NCBI GenBank assembly: GCA_947458955.1
Contig: CANGZT010000001.1
Span: forward strand, 32,700 to 96,699
Direction: 5' to 3'
From: Flavobacteriia bacterium
GTDB lineage: Bacteria; Bacteroidota; Bacteroidia; Flavobacteriales_D; Crocinitomicaceae
DNA: 64,000 nucleotides
Within the stretch, counting starts at the first letter, position 1. Every line of letters begins with the position of its first letter. The position numbers and the translations under genes were made by a program. This document shows, piece by piece, positions 19,826 to 29,683 of the stretch. The notes beneath the pieces were generated by a model. That model saw nothing but the letters and a program-made list of their open reading frames with translations. It ran no database searches and was not told where the DNA came from.

Positions 19826-21859
19826 ATGAATCCTTTTTTAGAAAAATTTGAAACTCCTTTTCAATCATTTCCATTTGAAAAGTTGAAAACTGAACATTAT
19901 TTACCTGCTTTAGATGAAGGTGTACTACAAGGTAAAAAAGATATAGAAGCAATCATTCAAAATCAAGATACTCCAACATTTGAAAACACCATTGCTGCTC
20001 TAGATAATAGCGGTAAAATATTAGACTTACTCGGAAACATTTTCTACAATTTACATGAAGCAGAAACAAGTGAAGAATTACAAGAATTAGCACAAGAAAT
20101 TTCTCCTCGCTTAACAGCATATGGAAACGATATCATGTTGAATGCTGAATTATTTCAAAAAGTAGAGTATGTTTTTAATCATCAAAGTAAAGAAAATCTA
20201 ACTACTGAGCAAAAAACATTATTAGATAAAACATATAAAAGTTTTGTAAGAAACGGTTCAAAATTATCCAATGAAGCTAAAGAAGAAGTTCGAACAATAG
20301 ATAAGGAATTAGCTACTTTAACATTAACTTTTGGACAACATGTACTTGCTGAAAGTAATGATTATAAGTTGGTTATAACTGATGAAGGTTTGTTGGCAGG
20401 TCTTCCAGAGGGAGTTATAGAAGCGGCTAAACTTACAGCTCTAGAGAAAGAAATCGAAAATGCTTGGGTTTTTACATTGGACTTCCCTTCATATCTTCCA
20501 TTTATTACTTATTCTGAAATAAGACATTTAAGAGAAGAAATCTTTTTAGCTTTCGGATCAAAAGCATTTAAAGGAAATGAAAGAGATAACAGTGAAGTAA
20601 TTAAAAAAATAGCAGGATTAAGACATAAAAGAGCGACAATTCTTGGGTATAAATCTCATGCTGATTTCGTATTAGAGGAACGTATGGCTAAAAATCCATC
20701 AACTGTATTTACCTTTTTAGATGAAATTTTAACATATGCTCTACCTGCTGCGAAGGAGGAATTCGAAGAAATTAAAGCATATGCAAAAAGCATTGGTGGA
20801 CCAGAGGAATTACAACGTTGGGATTTGCCTTTTTATTCAGAAAAATTAAAAAAAGAAAAATTCTCAATTGATGATGAAGTATTAAAACCTTATTTCAAAT
20901 TAGAGAATGTGATAAATGGTGTTTTTCAAACAGCTAATAAATTATTTGATTTAAAGTTTGAATTACGAAGTGATATTGAAAAATATCATCCTGAAGTATT
21001 AACATATGAGGTCAAGGATAACAATGGAAATCATATATCTTTACTTTACATGGACTTTTTTCCAAGAGCAGGGAAAAGACAAGGAGCATGGATGACTTCT
21101 TTTAGAAATCAAAAAATTGAAAATGGAATCAATGTTCGTCCACATATTTCAATTGTTTGTAATTTCACTAAACCTACTTCAAATAAACCATCTTTATTAA
21201 CTTTTAACGAGGTTACAACTCTATTCCATGAATTTGGTCATGCATTACATGGAATGTGTGCAAATGGAACTTACGCAAGTATCACAGGAACAAGTGTTTA
21301 TTGGGATTTTGTAGAATTACCATCTCAAATTCTTGAAAATTGGTGTTACGAAAAAGAGTGTTTGGATTTATTTGCTAAACATTATGAAACGGGTGAATCA
21401 ATTCCAGAGGAGCTAATACAAAAAATTGTAGATAGTGCTAATTTTCAAAGTGGTTTAGCAGCAATTAGACAAATTGGATTAGGAAAAATTGATATGGCAT
21501 GGCACAGTCAAGACACATCAAATGTTAAAGATGTAAAAGATTTTGAATTACAATCAGTTAGGCAGACAGATTTGTTTCCAGTTGTAAAAGAAACAATTAC
21601 GAGTTGTTCATTTTCTCATATTTTTCAAGGAGGGTATTCTTCTGGGTACTATAGCTATAAGTGGGCTGAAGTGATTGATGCAGATGCTTTTGAAGCATTC
21701 AAAGAAAAAGGGATTTTTAATAAAGAGGTTGCGAAATCATTCCACGATAATATCTTATCAGCTGGAGGAAGTGAACATCCATCTATTTTATATAGAAAAT
21801 TTAGAGGAAGAGATGCTGATCCAAAAGCGTTGTTGAGAAGAGAGGGTATGATAAAATAG
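19826..21859 (+). CDS. dcp: M3-family peptidyl-dipeptidase (Dcp-like)
   Basis: 677 aa with the HEFGHALH zinc motif and M3 family architecture. Confidence 0.85.
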   Translation: MNPFLEKFETPFQSFPFEKLKTEHYLPALDEGVLQGKKDIEAIIQNQDTPTFENTIAALDNSGKILDLLGNIFYNLHEAETSEELQELAQEISPRLTAYGNDIMLNAELFQKVEYVFNHQSKENLTTEQKTLLDKTYKSFVRNGSKLSNEAKEEVRTIDKELATLTLTFGQHVLAESNDYKLVITDEGLLAGLPEGVIEAAKLTALEKEIENAWVFTLDFPSYLPFITYSEIRHLREEIFLAFGSKAFKGNERDNSEVIKKIAGLRHKRATILGYKSHADFVLEERMAKNPSTVFTFLDEILTYALPAAKEEFEEIKAYAKSIGGPEELQRWDLPFYSEKLKKEKFSIDDEVLKPYFKLENVINGVFQTANKLFDLKFELRSDIEKYHPEVLTYEVKDNNGNHISLLYMDFFPRAGKRQGAWMTSFRNQKIENGINVRPHISIVCNFTKPTSNKPSLLTFNEVTTLFHEFGHALHGMCANGTYASITGTSVYWDFVELPSQILENWCYEKECLDLFAKHYETGESIPEELIQKIVDSANFQSGLAAIRQIGLGKIDMAWHSQDTSNVKDVKDFELQSVRQTDLFPVVKETITSCSFSHIFQGGYSSGYYSYKWAEVIDADAFEAFKEKGIFNKEVAKSFHDNILSAGGSEHPSILYRKFRGRDADPKALLRREGMIK

Positions 21860-21881
21860 AAGATCATTTAAAATTTTCAAT

Positions 21882-21916
21882 AAAAAAAAGGGTGCCAATC
21901 AGACACCCTTTTTTTT
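21882..21916. terminator. bidirectional terminator between dcp and ilvE
   Basis: A-run, then GGGTG-9 nt-CACCC, then a T-run, placed between convergent genes. Confidence 0.75.
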
Positions 21917-21930
21917 GTATATAAATGGGA

Positions 21931-23001
21931 TTAGGCTTTTAATAACCAACCAAATTCGTCTTCAATTAAACCATTTTTTAAGTCGTTCATGTATTTCTCC
22001 ATTTTTAATGAAAAAGACCTTGATTCAACTGCTGGTAAATAATAATCCTCTCCTCTAAATCCTATTTTATTGATATGTGCAATAGTTGCTGCTGTTCCAG
22101 CTCCAAAAGCTTCTGTACAAGAACCATTTTTTACAGCTTCAATGATTTCTTTAACAGTTACCTTACGTTCTTCTATTTGAATTCCCCATGACTGAGCAAC
22201 TTCAATTACACTACGTTTAGTTATTCCTCTTAAAATAGTGTCACTCTCTTCAGAAGGTGTAATCAATTTTCCGTCAATTATGAATACAATATTCATCGTT
22301 CCAGATTCTTCTACAAATTCATGTGTTTTAGCATCAGTCCATAGTAATTGATGATAACCTTTCAGTTGACCTAATTTTGCAGGGTATAATGAAGCACCGT
22401 AATTGCCCGCTGCTTTTGCACGACCTACTCCCCCCTCAGCAGCACGCGTATAATGCTCTTCAATGAGTACATTAACAGGTTCAGAATAATAAGCTCCCAC
22501 TGGTGAAGCAAAAATCATAAATTTATAATTATCTGATGGTCTTATCCCAACAAATTCGTCAGTAGCAAACATAAATGGCCTAATATACAGTGAGTAACCT
22601 GGTTTGTTAGGTATCCATTCTCTATCTAAGTCTACTAATTTTCTAACACATTCCACGAATAATGTTTCGGGAATTAAAGGCATTCCCATTCTTTCGCATG
22701 ACTCTTGAAAACGTTTAGCATTCATTTCAGGTCTGAAAATTAAAACATCTCCCTCAGGAGATTTGTTAGCTTTCATGCCTTCAAATATTGCTTGACCGTA
22801 ATGTAATGCAGAAGTAGCAGGATGAACAGGTATTGGACCAAAAGGAAGAATTTCTGGTGTTTGCCATTCTCCATTTGAATATTCCATCAACAACATGTGA
22901 TCTGAAAAAAGTCTACCAAATGGAAGGTTTTCCCAATCTACCTGTGTAACTCTTGACTCAGGTGTTTGAGTAATTTTAAAGTTGATTGTTTGTTCTAGCA
23001 T
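21931..23001 (-). CDS. ilvE: branched-chain amino acid aminotransferase
   Basis: Class IV aminotransferase pattern: YGQAIFEGMKA, ...AKAAGNY..., ...GITKRS... Confidence 0.9.
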   Translation of the reverse strand: MLEQTINFKITQTPESRVTQVDWENLPFGRLFSDHMLLMEYSNGEWQTPEILPFGPIPVHPATSALHYGQAIFEGMKANKSPEGDVLIFRPEMNAKRFQESCERMGMPLIPETLFVECVRKLVDLDREWIPNKPGYSLYIRPFMFATDEFVGIRPSDNYKFMIFASPVGAYYSEPVNVLIEEHYTRAAEGGVGRAKAAGNYGASLYPAKLGQLKGYHQLLWTDAKTHEFVEESGTMNIVFIIDGKLITPSEESDTILRGITKRSVIEVAQSWGIQIEERKVTVKEIIEAVKNGSCTEAFGAGTAATIAHINKIGFRGEDYYLPAVESRSFSLKMEKYMNDLKNGLIEDEFGWLLKA

Positions 23002-23083
23002 AAAGCAAGCATATTTACGCGAATATAGGAAAATAAATTGTGATTAATTCCTGATTAGAGTTACTTGCTTGCTAAATATTTGA

Positions 23084-23758
23084 TTAAAGAATAATTTTAT
23101 ATTTGATTTTCGCTTCTTTTCTTGAACAAGCATTAAAGTGCCACCACTCTGTTGGTATATTTTTAAAATTCTGAGAAGACATTACTTTACGTAGTAATTT
23201 TCTGTTTTTTATATGAATTGGTTTTAATAATCCTTGTTTTAAATAATATTCTTCCTTCGATGGATAAGCAATTTCCCTAATGTCATCATATCCCGCTCCC
23301 ATATCGAGTGGTTTTCCATTTTTATCACAGATGGTAAGATCAACAGCTGCAGCATAATTATGAACACTACCATTTGCTGGGTTTGAGACAAATTTACCTC
23401 TTTTAGTAACAGGTATTGAATCTAGTGCGTTCCACATAGCTTTTTGAACAGAAAGAGGTCTAACTCCATCGTAAACTAACAAACTGTATTCTGGGTTTAA
23501 CTTTTTAAGAAATTTTTGACATTCAGAAATTCTTTTAGCAACATCTGGTTGTAAGTAAATTTTATTAATATTGAAATACAATTGTTTATGCATAAAATTA
23601 TCAGCAGTGGCATATTTGATTTCAATTTTAATTGTTGGGTTTATTGATTGAACATCAATAAGGTTTTCAAAGCCTGCTGGTTTTTCTAATTTTGATTCCT
23701 TTATTTGAAATGAAAAAATTAGAATAAAAGTAATAAAGCTTAAAATTAATTTTTTCAT
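23084..23758 (-). CDS. M15-family D-alanyl-D-alanine dipeptidase (VanX/DdpX-like)
   Basis: Signal peptide, SVHNYAAAVDLT (His/Asp zinc ligands) and EWWHF motif. Confidence 0.8.
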   Translation of the reverse strand: MKKLILSFITFILIFSFQIKESKLEKPAGFENLIDVQSINPTIKIEIKYATADNFMHKQLYFNINKIYLQPDVAKRISECQKFLKKLNPEYSLLVYDGVRPLSVQKAMWNALDSIPVTKRGKFVSNPANGSVHNYAAAVDLTICDKNGKPLDMGAGYDDIREIAYPSKEEYYLKQGLLKPIHIKNRKLLRKVMSSQNFKNIPTEWWHFNACSRKEAKIKYKIIL

Positions 23759-23881
23759 TAATCATTTAGTTTTCACAAATATAAGCATGCTATTGCTTTC
23801 ACAGTTCCTCTATTAATAAAAAATCATTCCTTTTTAATTAAAAAGCGAAGAATTACTAAATTTGTATCTAAAATTTTGAAT

Positions 23882-25078
23882 ATGCCTAAAATAGCACAAA
23901 AAGCAGTAGATATGCCTGCATCACCGATTCGTAAATTGGTACCTTATGCAGATGCAGCTAAGAAAAAAGGAAAAATAGTTTACCACTTAAACATTGGTCA
24001 ACCAGACATTGAAACTCCTGAAGTAGCATTAAACGCAATCAAGAATTTTGATCAAAAAGTAATTGAATATAGTCATTCAGCTGGTTTCGAGTCTTATAGA
24101 AATGGTTTAGCAGCATACTATCAAAAAACGGGTATTCCAGTTAATTCTGAAGACATTATAATTACAACTGGTGGATCTGAGGCTTTAATTTTTGGTTTCA
24201 TGACCACTTGTGATCCGGGTGATGAAGTGATTATACCTGAACCTTTTTACGCAAATTATAATGGATTTGCTGTAACAGCTGGTTTAAAGGTAATTCCTGT
24301 TGCATCATCAATAGAAAGTGGTTTTGCATTACCACCTGTGGAGGAGTTTGAGAAAAAAATTACTCCTAAGACCAAAGCTATATTGATTTGTAACCCTGGA
24401 AATCCAACAGGTTATTTATATACTAAAGAAGAATTAGAGAAATTAAGAGACATAGTAAAGAAACACGATTTATTTTTATTTGCTGACGAAGTATACCGTG
24501 AATTTTGTTATGACGGAGCAGTTCCTTTTTCTACAATGAATTTGGAAGGAATCGAAAATAATGTAATTATGATTGATTCTGTTTCTAAACGATATTCAAT
24601 GTGTGGAGCTCGTATCGGTGCTTTAATTTCTAAAAACAAAGAAGTTATTTCTTCTGCTTTAAAATTTGGACAAGCGCGCTTATCTCCTCCAACAATTGAT
24701 CAGATTGCTTCAGAAGCTGCATTAAATACACCTCAATCGTACTTTGATAATGTTGTTTCAGAATATGTAATTCGAAGAAATATTATGGTTGACGGCTTGA
24801 ACAGCATACCTGGAGTATTTTGTCCAAAGCCGAGTGGCGCCTTTTATTGCGTTGCACAATTTCCGGTAGATAATGCAGAGAAATTTTGTCAATGGCTATT
24901 AGAAGAATTTGAATTTGAAGGAGCGACAGTGATGATGGCTCCAGCAAGTGGGTTCTACTCTACTCCTGGTTCTGGAGTAAACGAAGCGAGAATCGCTTAC
25001 GTTTTAAATCAAGACTCTTTAAAGAAATCAGTTCGAATTCTTGAGGAAGCATTGAAGGTTTATCCAGGAAGAATTTAA
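23882..25078 (+). CDS. pyridoxal-phosphate-dependent aminotransferase (class I, aspartate/aromatic type)
   Basis: CNPGNPTG, FADEVYREF and SVSKRYSMCGARIG (PLP lysine) motifs. ATG 23882 is preferred over TTG 23876. Confidence 0.9.
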   Translation: MPKIAQKAVDMPASPIRKLVPYADAAKKKGKIVYHLNIGQPDIETPEVALNAIKNFDQKVIEYSHSAGFESYRNGLAAYYQKTGIPVNSEDIIITTGGSEALIFGFMTTCDPGDEVIIPEPFYANYNGFAVTAGLKVIPVASSIESGFALPPVEEFEKKITPKTKAILICNPGNPTGYLYTKEELEKLRDIVKKHDLFLFADEVYREFCYDGAVPFSTMNLEGIENNVIMIDSVSKRYSMCGARIGALISKNKEVISSALKFGQARLSPPTIDQIASEAALNTPQSYFDNVVSEYVIRRNIMVDGLNSIPGVFCPKPSGAFYCVAQFPVDNAEKFCQWLLEEFEFEGATVMMAPASGFYSTPGSGVNEARIAYVLNQDSLKKSVRILEEALKVYPGRI

Positions 25079-25097
25079 TTTGATACAATTTAAAATA

Positions 25098-25131
25098 AAT
25101 AAGGTTGTTCTTAGAGCAACCTTATTTTTTT
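25098..25131 (+). terminator. rho-independent terminator after the aminotransferase
   Basis: AAGGTTG-9 nt-CAACCTT hairpin (25101-25123) plus a T-run. Confidence 0.75.
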
Positions 25132-25140
25132 ATTGATTAT

Positions 25141-26049
25141 ATGAAAAAAATTAGTGTTATTGTTACAACTTATAATGGTAGTAAAACAATTTCTAAGACA
25201 CTTGATTCAGTTTTAAGTCAAGAGGGAAAAGGAATTGATTTTGAACTCGAGTTAATAGTTGTTGATGATTGCTCAACAGATGAAACTTATAGCATATTAC
25301 AAGGGTTTAATCTAATTTTATTACAAAATAAAACAAATTCAGGTGGTCCAAATAAGGGAAGGAATTTAGGGTTAAGTATTGCAACAGGAGATTTTATTTG
25401 TATTATAGATCAAGATGATTTTTGGAAAAAAGACCGAATAAAATATGTTTTACCCTACTTAGATAAAGCCCCAATTATTACTTGTGGTTATGAAATTGTT
25501 AATGTAACTACCAATAGCTCAATCGTTAGAATTCAAACAGATAAAGAAGAGTTTGTTTATTTTGAAAAAAATGAGACTTTTAAAAAAAGATTAACTAAAT
25601 CTTTAAATGGTCAAAATACATATATGGCATCCATTTTATTTTCAAATAAATTAAAAAATATATTGTTCGAGGAAAATTTCGGAATGGTTGACTTTGATTG
25701 GTTATTACGATTGTTTCATGAACAACCTTCAATTGAAGTGTGTAAAGTTTTATATGAACGATTTGTAGACGGTTCGAATCTCTCATTGAATGAAAGATAT
25801 AGAAGGTTTGATTTTTATTATTCTTTACTTACAATCGAGTCGTATGAAAATTCTTATCCTAAAGAAACAAAAATTGCTACTAAAAAAATATTTGGTAGCA
25901 GAGCAAGGTATTACTATGTTATTGGAAATATGAAAAAAGCTAGGTATTATTTTTTAAGATCTCAATATAATTTAAAAACTTTGTTTTACTATTTAACCAC
26001 ATTTATAGGTAGTAAAATTGTAAAAAAATATTTCAATGTTTTTGGTTAA
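25141..26049 (+). CDS. family 2 glycosyltransferase
   Basis: ISVIVTTYNGSKTI..., VVDDCSTDET and DQDD motifs. The start is moved to ATG 25141 because the terminator hairpin lies inside the TTG-extended ORF. Confidence 0.85.
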   Translation: MKKISVIVTTYNGSKTISKTLDSVLSQEGKGIDFELELIVVDDCSTDETYSILQGFNLILLQNKTNSGGPNKGRNLGLSIATGDFICIIDQDDFWKKDRIKYVLPYLDKAPIITCGYEIVNVTTNSSIVRIQTDKEEFVYFEKNETFKKRLTKSLNGQNTYMASILFSNKLKNILFEENFGMVDFDWLLRLFHEQPSIEVCKVLYERFVDGSNLSLNERYRRFDFYYSLLTIESYENSYPKETKIATKKIFGSRARYYYVIGNMKKARYYFLRSQYNLKTLFYYLTTFIGSKIVKKYFNVFG

Positions 26050-26788
26050 AAAAATAAAATCAACATTAAATCAGTATAAACAGAACGTTTATTCATATTT
26101 TAGAAAACTTAAAATGAGATTACTAGATGATAAGTCATTAGTTTCACATTTAAGACCGCAAATACAGATAAATAAAAAGTGGTATGGTAATAGTTATGGA
26201 GGATTTTACATACATCCTGATGTATTAACTAATACTTCAATTGTTTATTCAGTAGGTATTGGAAGAGATTTAAGTTTTGATAAAAAAGTGATGAAAAATC
26301 ATAAATGTAGAGTATATGGTTTTGATCCAACACCTAAATCTATTGAATACATTAATTCTATTCCAAATTTAAGCTTGTTTAATTTTTATAACTTTGGATT
26401 AGCTACAGAAACTGGAAAAGTTAAATTTTATTTACCAAAAAATAAAAGAGCAGTTTCTGCTTCAATAGTAATTTCAGAAGTTTTTGATAAATCAGATTTT
26501 ATCGAGGTTGAAATGAAAAGCTTTGATGACATAGTGAATGAATTAGCTCATAAAAAGATTGACGTTTTAAAAATTGACATTGAAGGAGCTGAATATGATG
26601 TTTTAAAAAGTATTTTAGAATCAAATGTTGAAATAGGTCAATTATTAATAGAATTTCATGATAGATTATTTGAAAATGAAATAAAATCTGTGGAATCTAT
26701 TAAATTATTAAATTCACATGGGTTTAAAATATTTGGTTCTTCATTAAATCATGAAGAAATCTCACTAATTAATGAGAAATTAATCTAA
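26036..26788 (+). CDS. FkbM-family methyltransferase
   Basis: VYSVGIGRDLSFD...GFDP and DVLKIDIEGAEYDVL motifs. Overlaps the upstream GT2 gene by 14 nt. Confidence 0.75.
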   Translation: MFLVKKIKSTLNQYKQNVYSYFRKLKMRLLDDKSLVSHLRPQIQINKKWYGNSYGGFYIHPDVLTNTSIVYSVGIGRDLSFDKKVMKNHKCRVYGFDPTPKSIEYINSIPNLSLFNFYNFGLATETGKVKFYLPKNKRAVSASIVISEVFDKSDFIEVEMKSFDDIVNELAHKKIDVLKIDIEGAEYDVLKSILESNVEIGQLLIEFHDRLFENEIKSVESIKLLNSHGFKIFGSSLNHEEISLINEKLI

Positions 26789-26808
26789 ATAAATAATAAG
26801 TTTCTAAA

Positions 26809-28305
26809 ATGTCTATAGTTCAAAAAGATGCCTTTAATACAATGATTTTATCATATTTAGGTGTTTTTCTTGGATATATAAATAGAGGTGTTTTATTTTT
26901 TGTGTTTTTAAAAACGAGTCAAGTAGGTTTAATTAACTTAGTTGCTTCAGTAGGATTATTATTTGCTCAATGTGCAAATCTTGGTACCATCTATTCTATA
27001 TGGAAATTTTTTCCATTTTTTAGAGATGATAAAAATAAAACCAAAGGTTTACTTTTATTACACATTTTAATCGTTCTGATTGGAGTATTAATTTTTACTT
27101 CCTTTTCTATTTTTTTTAAAGATGAACTCACCTCTTTTTACACAAATAAATCCAAAGAATTTGTAGACTACTATTATTGGATTTTACCAATTGGTATAGG
27201 TAATGTATTTTTTTTACTTTTTGATAATTATCTTAGAGGTAAATACAAAAACATTATCGGAATTTTTGCTAATGAGATTATACTAAGAGTAATAATATTA
27301 ATTTCATTGTTGCTCTTTGGATTTGATTTAATTGATTTTAAAACTTTTTCCATCTGTTTTTTTATTGCACATGTAATTCCGATGATTATTTTGGGTTTAC
27401 ATTTATTAAAACAAAAGGAATTAACATATAAAATTTCTAAAATTTATATCCCAAAACGATTTCGTAAAATAATTATTTCATTTAGTTTATATAACTATAT
27501 CAACACCCTTGGAGCATTATTTGTAGTAACATTAGACTCCTTGATGATTGCATCCTATTTAGGTTTGAGTGAAACTGCTGTTTATACTCAAATCGTATTT
27601 TTCACGGGTGCTTTAATGATTCCCTACAGGTCGATTATTCGAGTAAGTTCAAATTTTATACCTACTTATTGGAAAAATAAAGAACTAAACAAAATGAATG
27701 ATTTATATAAAAAAGTTAGTTCAGTTTGTTTGTTTTTTGCACTGTTTTTGTTTTCAATTGTTTGGATAAATATTTACGATATTTTTGCCTTCTTTCCAAA
27801 AGAATATGAAAGCGGGATAAGTGTTTTTTTAATTTTAATGATTGGAAAAATAATTGATATGTACTTTGGATTAAATGGAACAATACTTTTTACTTCAAAA
27901 AAATACAAATTTGATATTTTGTTTACGATTATTTTATTTGTGATCGTTTACACTATGAATATATTTTTAATTCCAATTTATGGAATCAATGGGGTTGCAA
28001 TTTCAACTTCTATTTCTTATGTTGTTTATAATATTTGCAGACTTATGTTTGTTTATTATTATTACAAACTACTTCCATTTACAATCAATCAATTCAAATT
28101 AATTATTCTTTTTCTGTCTGTTATGACAATAGGTTTTTTTGTTTTTCCGTTAACAGATATTATTTTGTTGAACCTATTCATTCAAACAATCTACATACTT
28201 ATTTTTTTTATTGGAACTATTTATTTATTTAAACTTGAGGAAAGTTCTATTGAGTACACTAATAAAGGTTTACTTTTTATAAGACAAAGATTTTTTAAAA
28301 AGTAA
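26809..28305 (+). CDS. polysaccharide/oligosaccharide flippase (Wzx-like, MOP superfamily)
   Basis: 498 aa with about 12-14 predicted hydrophobic helices, in a glycan-cluster context. Confidence 0.7.
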   Translation: MSIVQKDAFNTMILSYLGVFLGYINRGVLFFVFLKTSQVGLINLVASVGLLFAQCANLGTIYSIWKFFPFFRDDKNKTKGLLLLHILIVLIGVLIFTSFSIFFKDELTSFYTNKSKEFVDYYYWILPIGIGNVFFLLFDNYLRGKYKNIIGIFANEIILRVIILISLLLFGFDLIDFKTFSICFFIAHVIPMIILGLHLLKQKELTYKISKIYIPKRFRKIIISFSLYNYINTLGALFVVTLDSLMIASYLGLSETAVYTQIVFFTGALMIPYRSIIRVSSNFIPTYWKNKELNKMNDLYKKVSSVCLFFALFLFSIVWINIYDIFAFFPKEYESGISVFLILMIGKIIDMYFGLNGTILFTSKKYKFDILFTIILFVIVYTMNIFLIPIYGINGVAISTSISYVVYNICRLMFVYYYYKLLPFTINQFKLIILFLSVMTIGFFVFPLTDIILLNLFIQTIYILIFFIGTIYLFKLEESSIEYTNKGLLFIRQRFFKK

Positions 28306-28320
28306 ATAAAATCGATTGCT

Positions 28321-29679
28321 TTAAATTAGTTCTTCAGATAGTTTTTCGTAGTCAATTCCATCGAATGTCCCTGAACTCATCATTAATAATACTTTGTTTT
28401 TTGAGTCAAATCTTTTAATGAATTCAATCACCTCTTTTGTCTCATTAACTACTGTAACATTCTCTCCAAAGGCAGTTTTTACCTGAGGAACTGAAATTGG
28501 ATCTAATTTTTTATGTAACACAACTTCAGGATTGAAGTAGACCAAAGCATGATCTGCCTTCACCATAGTATTTTTGTAGTTTGGTAAAAACTCTTTTTTC
28601 AAGGAAGAAAAAGTATGTAATTCCATACAAGCAATAAGCTCTCTTTCAGGATATTGTTCTTTTACAGCGTTTGTTGTTGCTAATAGTTTTGAAGGTGAAT
28701 GTGCAAAGTCTTTAAACATAACAAAATTGCTGTTTTCAACAACTTTTTGTAATCTTTTACCCGCACCTTTAAAGTCAGCCATTGCTTTTAAAAATTCATC
28801 AGATGAAATTCCAATTTCTTGACTTAATTTCATTGCACCTATAAGGTTTTGTAAGTTATGTGCTCCAAAAATTTGTAAAGCGTATGATTTATTTTCAAAT
28901 TCAATTTCAGTGCCAGTTTCTGTAACAATATATTTTGGTGTTTGATAAGAAATAGTTTTAATTTTTCTTGAAAATTGTTCCCCTATTTTATTTACTTCTT
29001 CATCATCAGAATTATACACCAGTGTTCCATCGGGTTCAATACAATCACAGAAAATTTTAAATTGATCGATGTAGTTTTCGAAGGTTGGAAAAACATTAAT
29101 ATGATCCCAAGCGATCCCGCTTATTATTGCTGCATGTGGTTTGTATAAATGGAATTTAGGTCTTCTGTCTATGGGAGAACTTAAGTATTCATCTCCCTCC
29201 AGAATCATATATGGAGCTGAATCGGTTAGCTTAACCATACAATCATAACCTTCAAGTTGAGCACCGACCATATAATCGACTTCTAACCCAAGTTTAGATA
29301 CTACATGTAAAATCATAGACGTGATCGTTGTTTTTCCATGACTTCCACCAATTACTATTCTTTTTTTATTGATACTTTGCTGATACAAATACTCAGGATA
29401 AGAATAAATTGGTATACCTAATTCTTTTGCTTTTAATAATTCAGGGTTATCATTTCGAGCATGCATTCCCAAGATAACAGCTTCTAAATCAGTATGTATA
29501 TTCTTTTCATTCCAACCTATTTGAGAAGGATAAATTCCTTGTTTTTTTAAGCGAGATGCAGATGGTTCAAAGATTTCGTCATCTGATCCAGTAACTAAAT
29601 ATCCTTTTCTGCTTAAAGCGATAGCTAAATTATGCATGGCACTTCCACCAATAGCAATAAAATGAACTTTTTTTATCAT
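28321..29679 (-). CDS. mpl: UDP-N-acetylmuramate:L-alanyl-gamma-D-glutamyl-meso-diaminopimelate ligase (Mur ligase family)
   Basis: HFIAIGGSAMHNLAIAL and GGSHGKTTITSMI (P-loop) motifs with Mur ligase middle and C-terminal domains. Confidence 0.8.
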   Translation of the reverse strand: MIKKVHFIAIGGSAMHNLAIALSRKGYLVTGSDDEIFEPSASRLKKQGIYPSQIGWNEKNIHTDLEAVILGMHARNDNPELLKAKELGIPIYSYPEYLYQQSINKKRIVIGGSHGKTTITSMILHVVSKLGLEVDYMVGAQLEGYDCMVKLTDSAPYMILEGDEYLSSPIDRRPKFHLYKPHAAIISGIAWDHINVFPTFENYIDQFKIFCDCIEPDGTLVYNSDDEEVNKIGEQFSRKIKTISYQTPKYIVTETGTEIEFENKSYALQIFGAHNLQNLIGAMKLSQEIGISSDEFLKAMADFKGAGKRLQKVVENSNFVMFKDFAHSPSKLLATTNAVKEQYPERELIACMELHTFSSLKKEFLPNYKNTMVKADHALVYFNPEVVLHKKLDPISVPQVKTAFGENVTVVNETKEVIEFIKRFDSKNKVLLMMSSGTFDGIDYEKLSEELI

Positions 29680-29683
29680 AGAT

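Noticed and set aside
25105-25140. TTG-initiated extension of the GT2 glycosyltransferase ORF.
   Set aside because: The extension would be translated through the upstream gene's terminator hairpin (25101-25123). ATG 25141 gives the canonical MKKISVIVTTYN start.
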